Sequence record: MN563784.1
Length of the DNA stretch: 64,000 bases
Strand: one strand, 5' to 3'
In this document: positions 48,141-57,367 of the stretch, one piece after another
How the letters are laid out: the number at the start of each line of letters is the position of its first letter
Numbering within the stretch: the first letter of the stretch is position 1
Notes under the pieces: generated by a model
Told to the model about the DNA's origin: nothing
Database searches by the model: none
Seen by the model: only the letters and a program-made list of their open reading frames with translations
Made by a program: the position numbers and the translations under genes

Positions 48141-49663
48141 TTATAGAAACCTTATTGCAATATTACGCCATGTTCATCGATATCTCTCAGAAGAATATGG
48201 TTATGGGTGGAGCTATCGGAATGGCAATTGGTGGTTTATTCTGGACCACTCTAAGAGGCTTACCAAGTAAACTAGCTAGGTTCGCATTAAATCAGTTTAC
48301 AGTTAGTCTACATATTACCAACATGGGTAATGGGCTGAACGAGAAGAACTTTGATTGTTTCATGGAATGGTATATTAAGCAGCCATTAGCTGGATTTAAT
48401 CGACGTTTTTCAACTAATGTTGATGAGCAAAGTTATAGTGCAACTAAACAGAAAATTGGTGTTGGTTTTGGCTTACATTTCTTTCTGTTTAAAGGTAGGT
48501 TATTCTGGTTTGTAAAAGCACGCCGGGATAGTCAAAATGCCAGTCGAGATCAAATGGATATTACTATCCGTGGATTATCTAGGAGTAGTAAACTAATTAT
48601 TGATTTAGTAGATGCTTACCATTGGCGCCCAAATGAAAGGGGTCTGACTATTTCACATTGGGATGGTAACCGTTGGGGCAATGAGATTGAAGTTACTAAA
48701 CGCGATATCAACACGGTGATTTTGCGTAAAGAGATCAAAGAAGAATTCCTTAATAAGATTGAAGAATTCTATTCTGATCGGAAATGGTACGATGATCGTG
48801 GACTACCCTATAAATTCACTTGTGTTCTAACAGGTCCTCCTGGTACTGGTAAAACCTCAATCAGTAAAGCGATTGCCTCACATTTTAATAAAAATGTTAG
48901 TGCACTGTCATTAGCCTCTATGACCAATGATAGTCTTAGGCGGGCATTTACTACACTACCTAAAGGTAATATTCTTCTAATTGAAGATTTCGATGATACC
49001 CCGGCAGTTAAAGATCGTGTTTTAAATGATCCTGTAAAACTAGATAAAGAGATAAAGGAATTAGAGAGGAAATATTCTTTTATTGATTTAATTGAAAAAT
49101 ATCCGTCTGCATGGGTTGATCTTAAAGATGACTATGAAGGATACTCTGTAGTTGGGTTTAATGACACCATCTATATCTTTGATGAAAATAGCGATGATCA
49201 AGGTTTTGGGATAAGTGCTTATGCTATGGCTGAACTGGGTGTTTCAAAATGGGCCGATGAAAAAGATCCATTATTTACCACAATTCGCCGATGGTGGAAA
49301 TTAAAGAAGTGCATGAAGAATGGAATCACGTATGAACAACCAGCTAGCGGATTAACTTTGTCAGCTCTATTAAATGGGCTAGATGGCATTGTTCCACTAG
49401 ATGAGACTATGACCATTCTAACTACAAACCATCCTGAGAATATTGATAAAGCACTTCTAAGGAAAGGTCGCGTTGATTACATGGTGGAGATTCCATATCT
49501 ACGAGATCAAGAAGTTAGGGAGTATATTAAACTAATGTTCCCTGACTTCGATATTCCTGAAGATATCAGATTTAAAGATCAGCCAGGGTGTGATGTAATG
49601 GCGGCTTTTTCAAATAACCGTTATGACCCTAATGCTTTTATCAATAGTCTATTGAAATATTAA
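48137..49663 (+). CDS. membrane-anchored BCS1-like AAA+ ATPase
   Basis: N-terminal hydrophobic helix, BCS1_N-like region, WYDDRGLPYK, GPPGTGKTS, LLIEDFD, LTLSALLNGLDG, TTNH, ALLRKGRVD. Confidence 0.85.
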   Translation: MIIETLLQYYAMFIDISQKNMVMGGAIGMAIGGLFWTTLRGLPSKLARFALNQFTVSLHITNMGNGLNEKNFDCFMEWYIKQPLAGFNRRFSTNVDEQSYSATKQKIGVGFGLHFFLFKGRLFWFVKARRDSQNASRDQMDITIRGLSRSSKLIIDLVDAYHWRPNERGLTISHWDGNRWGNEIEVTKRDINTVILRKEIKEEFLNKIEEFYSDRKWYDDRGLPYKFTCVLTGPPGTGKTSISKAIASHFNKNVSALSLASMTNDSLRRAFTTLPKGNILLIEDFDDTPAVKDRVLNDPVKLDKEIKELERKYSFIDLIEKYPSAWVDLKDDYEGYSVVGFNDTIYIFDENSDDQGFGISAYAMAELGVSKWADEKDPLFTTIRRWWKLKKCMKNGITYEQPASGLTLSALLNGLDGIVPLDETMTILTTNHPENIDKALLRKGRVDYMVEIPYLRDQEVREYIKLMFPDFDIPEDIRFKDQPGCDVMAAFSNNRYDPNAFINSLLKY

Positions 49664-49686
49664 TATACTAAAAAGGAATCTGTAAA

Positions 49687-49875
49687 ATGAGTCTACTCAA
49701 CATTCTAAATACCGTTGCGGCTGCTAATGGTAGGGAAGTAGATGATTTTAATATCACCTATTTAAACGATACGGATGTGTCATCTAGTTATACCTCATTT
49801 CGATATCGGTATGTTGATGAGGATCGTATTGCACATATTTTCATTGTTTCTGAAAAAATCGAACAGGTTCGCTAA
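49687..49875 (+). CDS. hypothetical protein
   Basis: AAGGA RBS. Confidence 0.65.
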   Translation: MSLLNILNTVAAANGREVDDFNITYLNDTDVSSSYTSFRYRYVDEDRIAHIFIVSEKIEQVR

Positions 49876-50023
49876 TTTGTATTGTTGGCAAAACTAACTG
49901 GTTACAATGTAACTGTAAATACATGTATTTAATTTTGAAAACATACTGGAGTTATTGATGTATTGAGTTGAAACTCAATAATAACTCCTACTTTAATTTA
50001 AAAAATACAAAAGGAATATTTCC

Positions 50024-50677
50024 ATGGCGTCAATCATTAGTCTACCTTTTATCAAACTAGTAATCAGCCGTAATAATAATTACACTGTTAACCATCAGTC
50101 AGGTGCTGATAATGTACCTCATCTATGTGTTAAAGTAAAACATTCTAACGGTTATGCCTGGTTCGGTATTATCATTGTTGATTATGAAAAACGTACCAGT
50201 GGTTGGACTGAAGAAGAATTCAATGCAGTTGTAACTCGTTTCCATGAAGCAATGAATTCTCAATGTGATATCCAACGATTAGAAACAGACATTAACCGAC
50301 TAATGGATTCCATCCAAGATGTTGTTACTGGTCGGAAACGACCAACCCTATTCGGCGGTGATAGTAATGACTTCATTCAAATGCATCTTCAAAATAATAT
50401 CCAACTTGATATTTATCGGAATGAAATTAACGAAGATACTCTAACCTATGGTGGGTATCGTGGTAAAGTAAGTCTTCGCCATGGTTATGATGAATACAGC
50501 TTCTTCCTGTATCATCGTGGTATTATTCTAAACCATTACATCGATGCAGAGATTGCTAAAGAGCTAATTGAAGATGCTCTTAATAAGACTTTCCCGGAGA
50601 TTACTTATCTACCGCGAGCCACTGTCGAACCTACAGCAGTGGAACGCACTCGTAATAGACATCTGGATAAAAGTTAA
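50024..50677 (+). CDS. hypothetical protein
   Basis: AAGGA RBS. Confidence 0.8.
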   Translation: MASIISLPFIKLVISRNNNYTVNHQSGADNVPHLCVKVKHSNGYAWFGIIIVDYEKRTSGWTEEEFNAVVTRFHEAMNSQCDIQRLETDINRLMDSIQDVVTGRKRPTLFGGDSNDFIQMHLQNNIQLDIYRNEINEDTLTYGGYRGKVSLRHGYDEYSFFLYHRGIILNHYIDAEIAKELIEDALNKTFPEITYLPRATVEPTAVERTRNRHLDKS

Positions 50678-50678
50678 A

Positions 50679-51092
50679 ATGACTAGTCAACTTATCGTAG
50701 TTGATTTACAAAACCCTAGAAATAAACATATATACAGTGAATTAACTCATGAACACCCTAGAACAATAACATCACATCTAGTTGAAGAATTAGATGATTT
50801 TGATGTTCATCAATATTCATACCAAGCGGAGTATAAATCTGGGATTGATCTTAGATTAATATTCTTTTGGGATGGACCATACACTGAACCAAGAGAAGAA
50901 GGTTACGAACCAACTGATCTAGAGAAAAGGTGTGTGAAGTTGTGTAGGCAATATGAGGCTGCGATTAACGGGCAATTATCTGTAGTTGATCACTCTCGGT
51001 TCCGGACGGTGTGTACCTTCAGATCAGATAATAGTTTACCAACAACTTTAGACTGGATTCATAAAGAACCCCCATCTAAAGAGGTTGTGTAA
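50679..51092 (+). CDS. hypothetical protein
   Basis: ATG at 50679 directly after previous stop preferred to 50568. Confidence 0.7.
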   Translation: MTSQLIVVDLQNPRNKHIYSELTHEHPRTITSHLVEELDDFDVHQYSYQAEYKSGIDLRLIFFWDGPYTEPREEGYEPTDLEKRCVKLCRQYEAAINGQLSVVDHSRFRTVCTFRSDNSLPTTLDWIHKEPPSKEVV

Positions 51093-51121
51093 AAAATAGT
51101 AAAAGAAATACACTATTCTAT

Positions 51122-51210
51122 GTAGTTCCTTTACGATTGCTCTTTTATCTTAGTTTCAGTTTTGCTGAAGAAGTACCAATGAGATACCCTCCCCTGATCG
51201 GGGAGGGTTT
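51122..51210 (+). ncRNA. candidate short late RNA
   Basis: TATGTAG at 51119, no ORF, terminator about 51187-51207. Confidence 0.35.
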
Positions 51211-51233
51211 TTGACATCTAAGAGGAAAATATA

Positions 51234-51614
51234 ATGTGCAAACAACATCGTGTAGTATCTATGAAAGTTACATGCACGCAAGCTCGCTATCCGATCGGTC
51301 TGTGCGATCTCGGATTTGATAATGCTGCTGATGCTCGGCAATATCTACTAGATGTCGTCGAGTACAATATGGATCGTCTCCACCCACAACATGCTAATAC
51401 ATTCCAGCTACAAAATCTACAAGACGGGTTCGTAGTATCCTACGATATCGAAAAAGATGGATCCGTTTATCTTCGGTTAACACTGGCGGCTGTAGCTTAT
51501 CAATCAATCGATCTTGAGTTGGGGGTTACCGTTAAAGAAAATGAAGGGATCAGTGTTGTAATCAAAAATTGGATCAATGGTGATTATACTGCGGGGAACA
51601 AATACTTGCAGTAA
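51234..51614 (+). CDS. hypothetical protein
   Basis: GAGGA RBS. Confidence 0.8.
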   Translation: MCKQHRVVSMKVTCTQARYPIGLCDLGFDNAADARQYLLDVVEYNMDRLHPQHANTFQLQNLQDGFVVSYDIEKDGSVYLRLTLAAVAYQSIDLELGVTVKENEGISVVIKNWINGDYTAGNKYLQ

Positions 51615-51622
51615 TACCATAT

Positions 51623-51742
51623 GTAAAGAATACCCAAATCGGGATCTCCCGGACTATCTCCCTTCAGCGTTCCCGTCCGCAAATGAAGGTGCCGCCGAGA
51701 TCCCACCTATTGATAATGCCCTCCCTTCGGGGAGGGCTTTAT
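51623..51742 (+). ncRNA. candidate GC-rich structured late ncRNA
   Basis: TATGTA at 51620; gggatctc/gagatccc and ccttca/tgaagg helices; terminator 51718-37. Confidence 0.6.
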
Positions 51743-51780
51743 TTCGCTTAAGCCTATTTATTTTATTATAAGGGGTGAAA

Positions 51781-52512
51781 ATGACATATATCGTAAATGA
51801 TGGTAAAGTCATGATTGCAGACTGCCTATTAATTGAGCGGAATAATGCAACTGATAGCATTGGGCGACTTCCAGTATTAGATAACGGTTATATTGATCTA
51901 ACTGCTAAAGCTGAAGGTGTAGATGTATATTACAATGATTGCCACAAGATAATTTTTCATCCGACTGTTACTTGGCAAGGCAAACGTGTTAAAACTATGG
52001 CTTTTGCTGGAACTATAGATAATGTTTATGATCTATTGAATGCCCTTACCGCAGGTGTTGATTTAGCTGATTGGTTTAAAGTTGAAGTAAATATCTTGCC
52101 AGTCATAGAACGCAGGTTGTTTAATGGTAATACTTCTATGATGTTCACTATGGAGAATGGTGACATATATACAGTTATTCTTAAAGACATGGGTATCAAC
52201 ATCACCAAGAAAGATTGGGCTCATTTGGGTAGTGGTGTAGATGCAGTTAATAGTGTACTTGAGTTTATCCCTAATTGTAATGATAATGGATCAACCAAAC
52301 TAACTGCACTTGAAGCATTTGCTATTGCATGTGCACATACTACTACTGTAAGTCGTAAATTTGATTATTACATCCATGCTACAGGTGAGTACAAGCAAAA
52401 TCAAGAACTATCAACTAAACAACTAAAATGGATACTAGCGCGCATTCAAAAGCGGATGGATCTTACCCGCATTTTCAATGACCGCGAATATGCCAATAAC
52501 ATATGGGGTTGA
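51781..52512 (+). CDS. Ntn-hydrolase / proteasome-beta (HslV-like) fold protein
   Basis: M-TYIVNDGKVMIAD (Thr1), AFAG, LGSG, EAFAIA; AAGGGG RBS before ATG 51781. Confidence 0.7.
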   Translation: MTYIVNDGKVMIADCLLIERNNATDSIGRLPVLDNGYIDLTAKAEGVDVYYNDCHKIIFHPTVTWQGKRVKTMAFAGTIDNVYDLLNALTAGVDLADWFKVEVNILPVIERRLFNGNTSMMFTMENGDIYTVILKDMGINITKKDWAHLGSGVDAVNSVLEFIPNCNDNGSTKLTALEAFAIACAHTTTVSRKFDYYIHATGEYKQNQELSTKQLKWILARIQKRMDLTRIFNDREYANNIWG

Positions 52513-52517
52513 TTTGT

Positions 52518-53033
52518 ATGAGTAATTCTAATATGGATATGCTATATTACACTAATGTAAATTGGGAGCAATATTTTCATCATGTGAAACAACGTGCAGA
52601 TGATACTGTTAAAGTAATGTATAAACCTGAATATGAAGATCTTATTGATGAAGCATGTAGGCCATTAATTAAATGGTTTAATCAATTTACCAATGTTGCA
52701 ACTATTTATTGCTGTTCAGGCCATGTTGATGAAGAAACTGGTGGTAGCCCTGGATACATTAGTCTTTTATTTAAAGATACCAATGCAGAGAATTCTGCAA
52801 TGCGTTTATTGCGTGAAGCAATGTGTAAGGGGCGTGAGTGTAAGATCCCATTCGAAATTGAACTGGGGGCTTATTTCGGGCATCTACATGAGACCATTGA
52901 TCAGAATCACTGGGTCGCCAATCTAGTCATCCGCACCAATAGCTACAAACGTAAAAATACGTATGATCGCTATTGGCATCGTCTTTACAATATCATAACA
53001 ACATGTAATACTGAGGGTTTATACACCGTCTAA
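52518..53033 (+). CDS. TYW3-like fold hypothetical protein
   Basis: IDEACRPLIKWFN...TIYCCSGH. Confidence 0.5.
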   Translation: MSNSNMDMLYYTNVNWEQYFHHVKQRADDTVKVMYKPEYEDLIDEACRPLIKWFNQFTNVATIYCCSGHVDEETGGSPGYISLLFKDTNAENSAMRLLREAMCKGRECKIPFEIELGAYFGHLHETIDQNHWVANLVIRTNSYKRKNTYDRYWHRLYNIITTCNTEGLYTV

Positions 53034-53051
53034 AAAATCTGAGATAATTTA

Positions 53052-53201
53052 ATGAATGATATTAAAAATACATTATTAGTTAGATTAGAGAGGAAACAAA
53101 AAGCTAAGCGTATAGATAAATTACAAAGACTAGGTTTATGGTTTATTCTATTGCTATGTGTATCTAATCTATTTGTCCAATTAATAAAAGGTATATTCTA
53201 A
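53052..53201 (+). CDS. 49-aa C-terminal TM peptide (not in ORF track)
   Basis: ...RLGLWFILLLCVSNLFVQLIKGIF; stop abuts next ATG. Confidence 0.55.
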   Translation: MNDIKNTLLVRLERKQKAKRIDKLQRLGLWFILLLCVSNLFVQLIKGIF

Positions 53202-53882
53202 ATGGTAGAAAAGCTCAGTTTTGCTGATATATTTAAGATGGCTAAAGAGGAAAATGTTAAGCTTGAATTGCATTGTCTAATTGGTACTCGACCAGTTAGG
53301 GGTCTTATTAAAAGTTTAAACTTTAATTCAATCAGACCTGATATATGTGAATCTGTTAATTTATATGTAAATGTATTTTCTAAAGTAGTAGAGGCTAGAG
53401 TAGATCTATCAAGTACTACTGCTGATTATGGTTGCTGGAGAATGACGCCAGAAACTAAGAATTATGTAGATAGTAAATATAACTTACCAGAAAAAATTGA
53501 TATCACTAATCCAGATATCGTTAGGAGTAATATTAATTATTACCTCAGTTTACCTACTAAGGAACGCACTGAGTTATTTAATAAAATAAATAATCCTAAT
53601 GTCATTGAGGCAATAAACAAAGAATGGTCTAAAATGGTTGTAGAGTATTATCAATTTGAGATCGATTCGTTTATTGGATTAATTGATTTCGATCATGTCC
53701 TTATCAGTAAGTTCATGGTATTTAACTGGATGGATGATCTGTTTGAATATGCTTTAAATATCCCATTAAAACAAACCAATACAGTAAATGAAGGCACCTG
53801 TTGCTTACTGGTTCACAAAGATAAAAAGGCAACATATACCCATTTTACTGATATTAAAAATCTTATCAAAGTAAGTGTATAA
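53202..53882 (+). CDS. hypothetical protein, last gene of plus-strand block
   Basis: AAGGT RBS. Confidence 0.8.
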   Translation: MVEKLSFADIFKMAKEENVKLELHCLIGTRPVRGLIKSLNFNSIRPDICESVNLYVNVFSKVVEARVDLSSTTADYGCWRMTPETKNYVDSKYNLPEKIDITNPDIVRSNINYYLSLPTKERTELFNKINNPNVIEAINKEWSKMVVEYYQFEIDSFIGLIDFDHVLISKFMVFNWMDDLFEYALNIPLKQTNTVNEGTCCLLVHKDKKATYTHFTDIKNLIKVSV

Positions 53883-53894
53883 TTACGGCATAAA

Positions 53895-53916
53895 CCCCTC
53901 TCCGTATGGAGAGGGG
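53895..53916. terminator. terminator at the convergent strand switch
   Basis: cccctctcc/ggagagggg between convergent ORFs. Confidence 0.85.
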
Positions 53917-53942
53917 ATATGTCTTTATTTTTTTATTTAAAC

Positions 53943-54332
53943 TCACTTAGAAAAATCTTCTACTGGAATATCATCCAGCCAATCATTAAGTAGTTTAAAT
54001 TGATGAGGGTGTTGCATCTTAGTAACTTTACCATACTTAACACTAACTGCTTTACCAGTAGACACGGCAAGATCAACTAGTTTCTTTTCATATGCATTAA
54101 ACTCATCATACCACCGAGTATGAATAAGTTTTGCTAGGCGATCGTAAGCCGTCTTTCGATAATGATCTTCTTGTTCGCGACGCTGTTCGTCAAGTAGTTC
54201 TTTTTGACGTTGTTCTTGCTGACGCTTTTCTTCTTCCTTTTTCTCTTTCTCTAGTCGTTTCTTCTCAGCAAAATATGATAGAACCGGTAGTTTGAAAAGT
54301 AGGCTTAGAAGTAGTTGAAAGAATTGTTTCAT
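53943..54332 (-). CDS. late protein with hydrophobic N-terminus and charged coiled coil
   Basis: GAGG RBS before MKQFF at 54332; TATGTA at 54388-93. Confidence 0.8.
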   Translation of the reverse strand: MKQFFQLLLSLLFKLPVLSYFAEKKRLEKEKKEEEKRQQEQRQKELLDEQRREQEDHYRKTAYDRLAKLIHTRWYDEFNAYEKKLVDLAVSTGKAVSVKYGKVTKMQHPHQFKLLNDWLDDIPVEDFSK

Positions 54333-54412
54333 TAGTATTTCCTCAGTTTGATTAAATAGATAATTTACAAATGGCAATCCGCCTAGTTACATACTAGATA
54401 GCTGTAAGTATT

Positions 54413-54823
54413 TTAATCCGTTACAATGTCTGGATAACGTTCATCAATTAATGATTTTCTATATGCAAACTCACGCACCTCTGCTTCTAATTTTTCTTTA
54501 GTTGCATCTGTAGCACCGATCACAATAATTGAATCATTATTAATTGATAACTCTACGTCATTATCTTTTCCAAATACTAATTTAAAAACAGTATTTAATT
54601 CATCTAATTGATCTTGAACGGTTACTGTATCATCATGGATTGCCCTAGACGGTTCCTCTAATAGACCCTCTAGCACTTTATAAGACTTTATAAAAAGAGT
54701 ATCATTAAAATCTTCTTTTAACCATGTTAATTCAAGTGTATATAAATCAACCACTCTATTAAGATTTGAAGTAGTTATATCTGTTTTCCATTCATAACCT
54801 AGATAGTTAGTTTCATTACTCAT
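54413..54823 (-). CDS. late hypothetical protein
   Basis: AGGAG RBS; TATGTA at 54843-48. Confidence 0.85.
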   Translation of the reverse strand: MSNETNYLGYEWKTDITTSNLNRVVDLYTLELTWLKEDFNDTLFIKSYKVLEGLLEEPSRAIHDDTVTVQDQLDELNTVFKLVFGKDNDVELSINNDSIIVIGATDATKEKLEAEVREFAYRKSLIDERYPDIVTD

Positions 54824-54865
54824 TATAAACTCCTTTGATTAATACATATTAAATAATCTGGAGTA

Positions 54866-55042
54866 TTATTTCTTTGTAATGCGATAACCAACTGACCATA
54901 AATCTATACGGACGAAACCTTTTCCCTCATGTTGACCGTATAAACATACACGTAACATTCTATTACCTGGCTTCATATCAATTCGTGTTACCTCAAATTT
55001 ATTAGTAATGTATTCTTGGATGATAAATAATAGATGACTCAT
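54866..55042 (-). CDS. 58-aa hypothetical protein (not in ORF track)
   Basis: MSHLLFIIQEYITNKFEVTRID...; AGGA RBS. Confidence 0.55.
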   Translation of the reverse strand: MSHLLFIIQEYITNKFEVTRIDMKPGNRMLRVCLYGQHEGKGFVRIDLWSVGYRITKK

Positions 55043-55171
55043 TTTATATTTTCCTGATTAATGACAAACATAAGCCCCTCCATATGGAGGGGCAATATGA
55101 TTTACTGAGTCTTTCGCGTTCAATCCCATCCTAACTAATATATTTAAGAATAGTTTAAACCTCAGTAAATT

Positions 55172-55248
55172 TGGTGCCGCCACTCCGAATCGAACGGAGG
55201 ACCTACGCATTACAAGTGCGTTGCTCTACCTAGCTGAGCTATAGCGGC
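55172..55248 (-). tRNA. tRNA-Thr(UGU)
   Basis: Full cloverleaf, CT-TGT-AA loop, encoded CCA. Confidence 0.96.
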
Positions 55249-55309
55249 GGAATCTTCTACATATAGTGTATATGAAAGTATTATTTTATTTATTATAATA
55301 AATAAAGTT

Positions 55310-55350
55310 ATATTCAAACATATTTAAACAGTATATCATTAACTTGATAT
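55310..55350 (+). promoter_or_regulatory. early-type promoter inside the late block
   Basis: tattcaaacatatttaaacag-TATATCAT, same extended motif as 24748. Confidence 0.6.
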
Positions 55351-55395
55351 TACTAAAAGTAATATTTTCTATTAATTGTAAATAGGATACTAAAT

Positions 55396-55533
55396 ATGAA
55401 TATTGATCCAAAAACTCTTGGCATTATTATTAGCACCACTATTGGCACCGTAGGTGCTCTTATTCTTACGTATGGTATTGCGAGAGCAGTACGTTGGAAT
55501 AATAAACCTGATGTAAAAGATGTAGCAGAGTAA
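55396..55533 (+). CDS. 45-aa single-TM peptide, isolated plus-strand unit (not in ORF track)
   Basis: MNIDPKTLGIIISTTIGTVGALILTYGIARAVRWNNKPDVKDVAE; AGGA RBS; terminator 55544-66. Confidence 0.7.
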   Translation: MNIDPKTLGIIISTTIGTVGALILTYGIARAVRWNNKPDVKDVAE

Positions 55534-55590
55534 GATAACATAAAGCTAGCCCATTAGGGGCTAGCTCTTATATTTATTTTTTTATTTGTT

Positions 55591-56220
55591 TTAACTTAGA
55601 GTACTATAATAAATAAATTTAGTTAATTCATCTTGTTGCTCTTTGATTATATTATTTTTCGTTTGTTTAACATTAATGTAATATTCAATAAATAACCAAC
55701 GTCTATCATGTTTGGCTAAGTCTTTGAATTCAATTTTCTCAAATCGCCATGACTGTACAGTAGTCCTAATGAGATTACCGGATTTATTGATAATATACCC
55801 TTGCATGGTGTTAATTTGATCATCGATAGTAGGCGTTGGTAAAAATATCAAATAAACACCATCTGTATTTTTAGTGTGCATACTTTTTAATTTATACATC
55901 ATTGGGTTAAAGTATTCATCACTTTTATGATAATCGCTTAATTCTAACACAGCATCAATCATCATTTTAGCGCTTTCAGTAACACCAACATTTAGTAAAT
56001 AATCATTAAGCTCTTTTAATGAATTATCTGTAAGTGATGCATCTATGTGTTCTTCACTTATAGGTTCATTATAAACTAGTTTATTAATAGTTGAATTAAC
56101 AATATTTAGCCTATCGATATCATAAACTGCTAGTGTTTGTTTACCAACATTTATTTTTAAGTCTTTACCTGATTCATTGATAAAATCATTTAAATCTACT
56201 TCAGTAAAATGAAAAGCCAT
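55591..56220 (-). CDS. hypothetical protein
   Basis: AAGGTG RBS. Confidence 0.8.
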   Translation of the reverse strand: MAFHFTEVDLNDFINESGKDLKINVGKQTLAVYDIDRLNIVNSTINKLVYNEPISEEHIDASLTDNSLKELNDYLLNVGVTESAKMMIDAVLELSDYHKSDEYFNPMMYKLKSMHTKNTDGVYLIFLPTPTIDDQINTMQGYIINKSGNLIRTTVQSWRFEKIEFKDLAKHDRRWLFIEYYINVKQTKNNIIKEQQDELTKFIYYSTLS

Positions 56221-56691
56221 TTTTATACACCTTTATGTTTTCCGTAGTGTTAAATTTTATTAACACCCGGTTTCAAGTTGAGTTATGTGTAGAACTAATC
56301 TACAAATAATATTAACTCTATGTATAATTTTACTTATAAATAGACCACTCTATATAGAGGGGTATTAAGTCATATAAAGTTATTTTAGTGTGGGTCTAAA
56401 TACAAACATTACGTCTACTTCATCAGTTGGGTCGACATCATATTCTGTCCCAGTATTATCAATCGCAACCAACATTCTCACATTCCTCGGTAAAGGGCTT
56501 TATGTGATTTAGATAGGCAAGTGATAAAATACCTAAATGCACTGAGATATTCTCTGATAAATCCTTTACCTTTATTAAAATTATCACCTACATGGACCAT
56601 TCAATCACTTTTATGTAGCTTGATTTCAATCAATTAAAGGGTATAACGAATGTAATGTATTTATACACGAATATAGTTATCATAAGCTCAA

Positions 56692-56982
56692 CTACTTGGG
56701 GTAAAAGAGTGGACGGAGATCAGTCTCATGGTATTCATCTTTGATATGGGAAAAGTACTTATTGAAATTATCCACACTATACGAAGTTCTAAGCCCATTT
56801 GGCCAAATCACTAACATGTCACCAACTTCGAATGCCGTGATCATAGCCTCAAAGTCTTTTATGTTTACATGATCATTACCAAGTTTCACGAATCGACATG
56901 CACGGAAACCACATTCCCAGTCAGACGACATCCATTGACCAGCCTCAGTAATCAGCTTTGCACGAACTAATGTCTTAGCCAT
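56692..56982 (-). CDS. hypothetical protein
   Basis: Coupled to 56975 ORF. Confidence 0.75.
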   Translation of the reverse strand: MAKTLVRAKLITEAGQWMSSDWECGFRACRFVKLGNDHVNIKDFEAMITAFEVGDMLVIWPNGLRTSYSVDNFNKYFSHIKDEYHETDLRPLFYPK

Positions 56983-57160
56983 ACTTGGTACCCCAGTTTA
57001 TCGTTTTGTCGAGAAGAGCTTGACTAGGTCGTTTATTACGAATCTGATTCTTAATAGACTCATTTAGCTCTTCCATCGTTTTCCGAACTTTAACTAATCG
57101 TTCCTTTTGTTCATTTGTAGGAACACTACTAACTATATCTTGCAATGCTTTAAGTGACAT
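56975..57160 (-). CDS. hypothetical protein
   Basis: AGGG RBS. Confidence 0.7.
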   Translation of the reverse strand: MSLKALQDIVSSVPTNEQKERLVKVRKTMEELNESIKNQIRNKRPSQALLDKTINWGTKYG

Positions 57161-57291
57161 GTCTTTACCCTATTTGTATTCAGCTATAAGATTCAACTAC
57201 TGGGTACTTTTACAAGACGACATAAAGGCAGCATTAGCTGCCTTTATAGTTTACATAGTAGTGAAATATAACTAAATCTAAAACTATGAAT

Positions 57292-57367
<76 letters not shown>

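Noticed and set aside
51577-51860. Two short ORFs over the GC-rich element
   Set aside because: No RBS, cross a terminator, and better explained as ncRNA
55094-55171. HDV-like (theta) ribozyme after a tRNA
   Set aside because: Could not build the nested double pseudoknot or find the catalytic C junction
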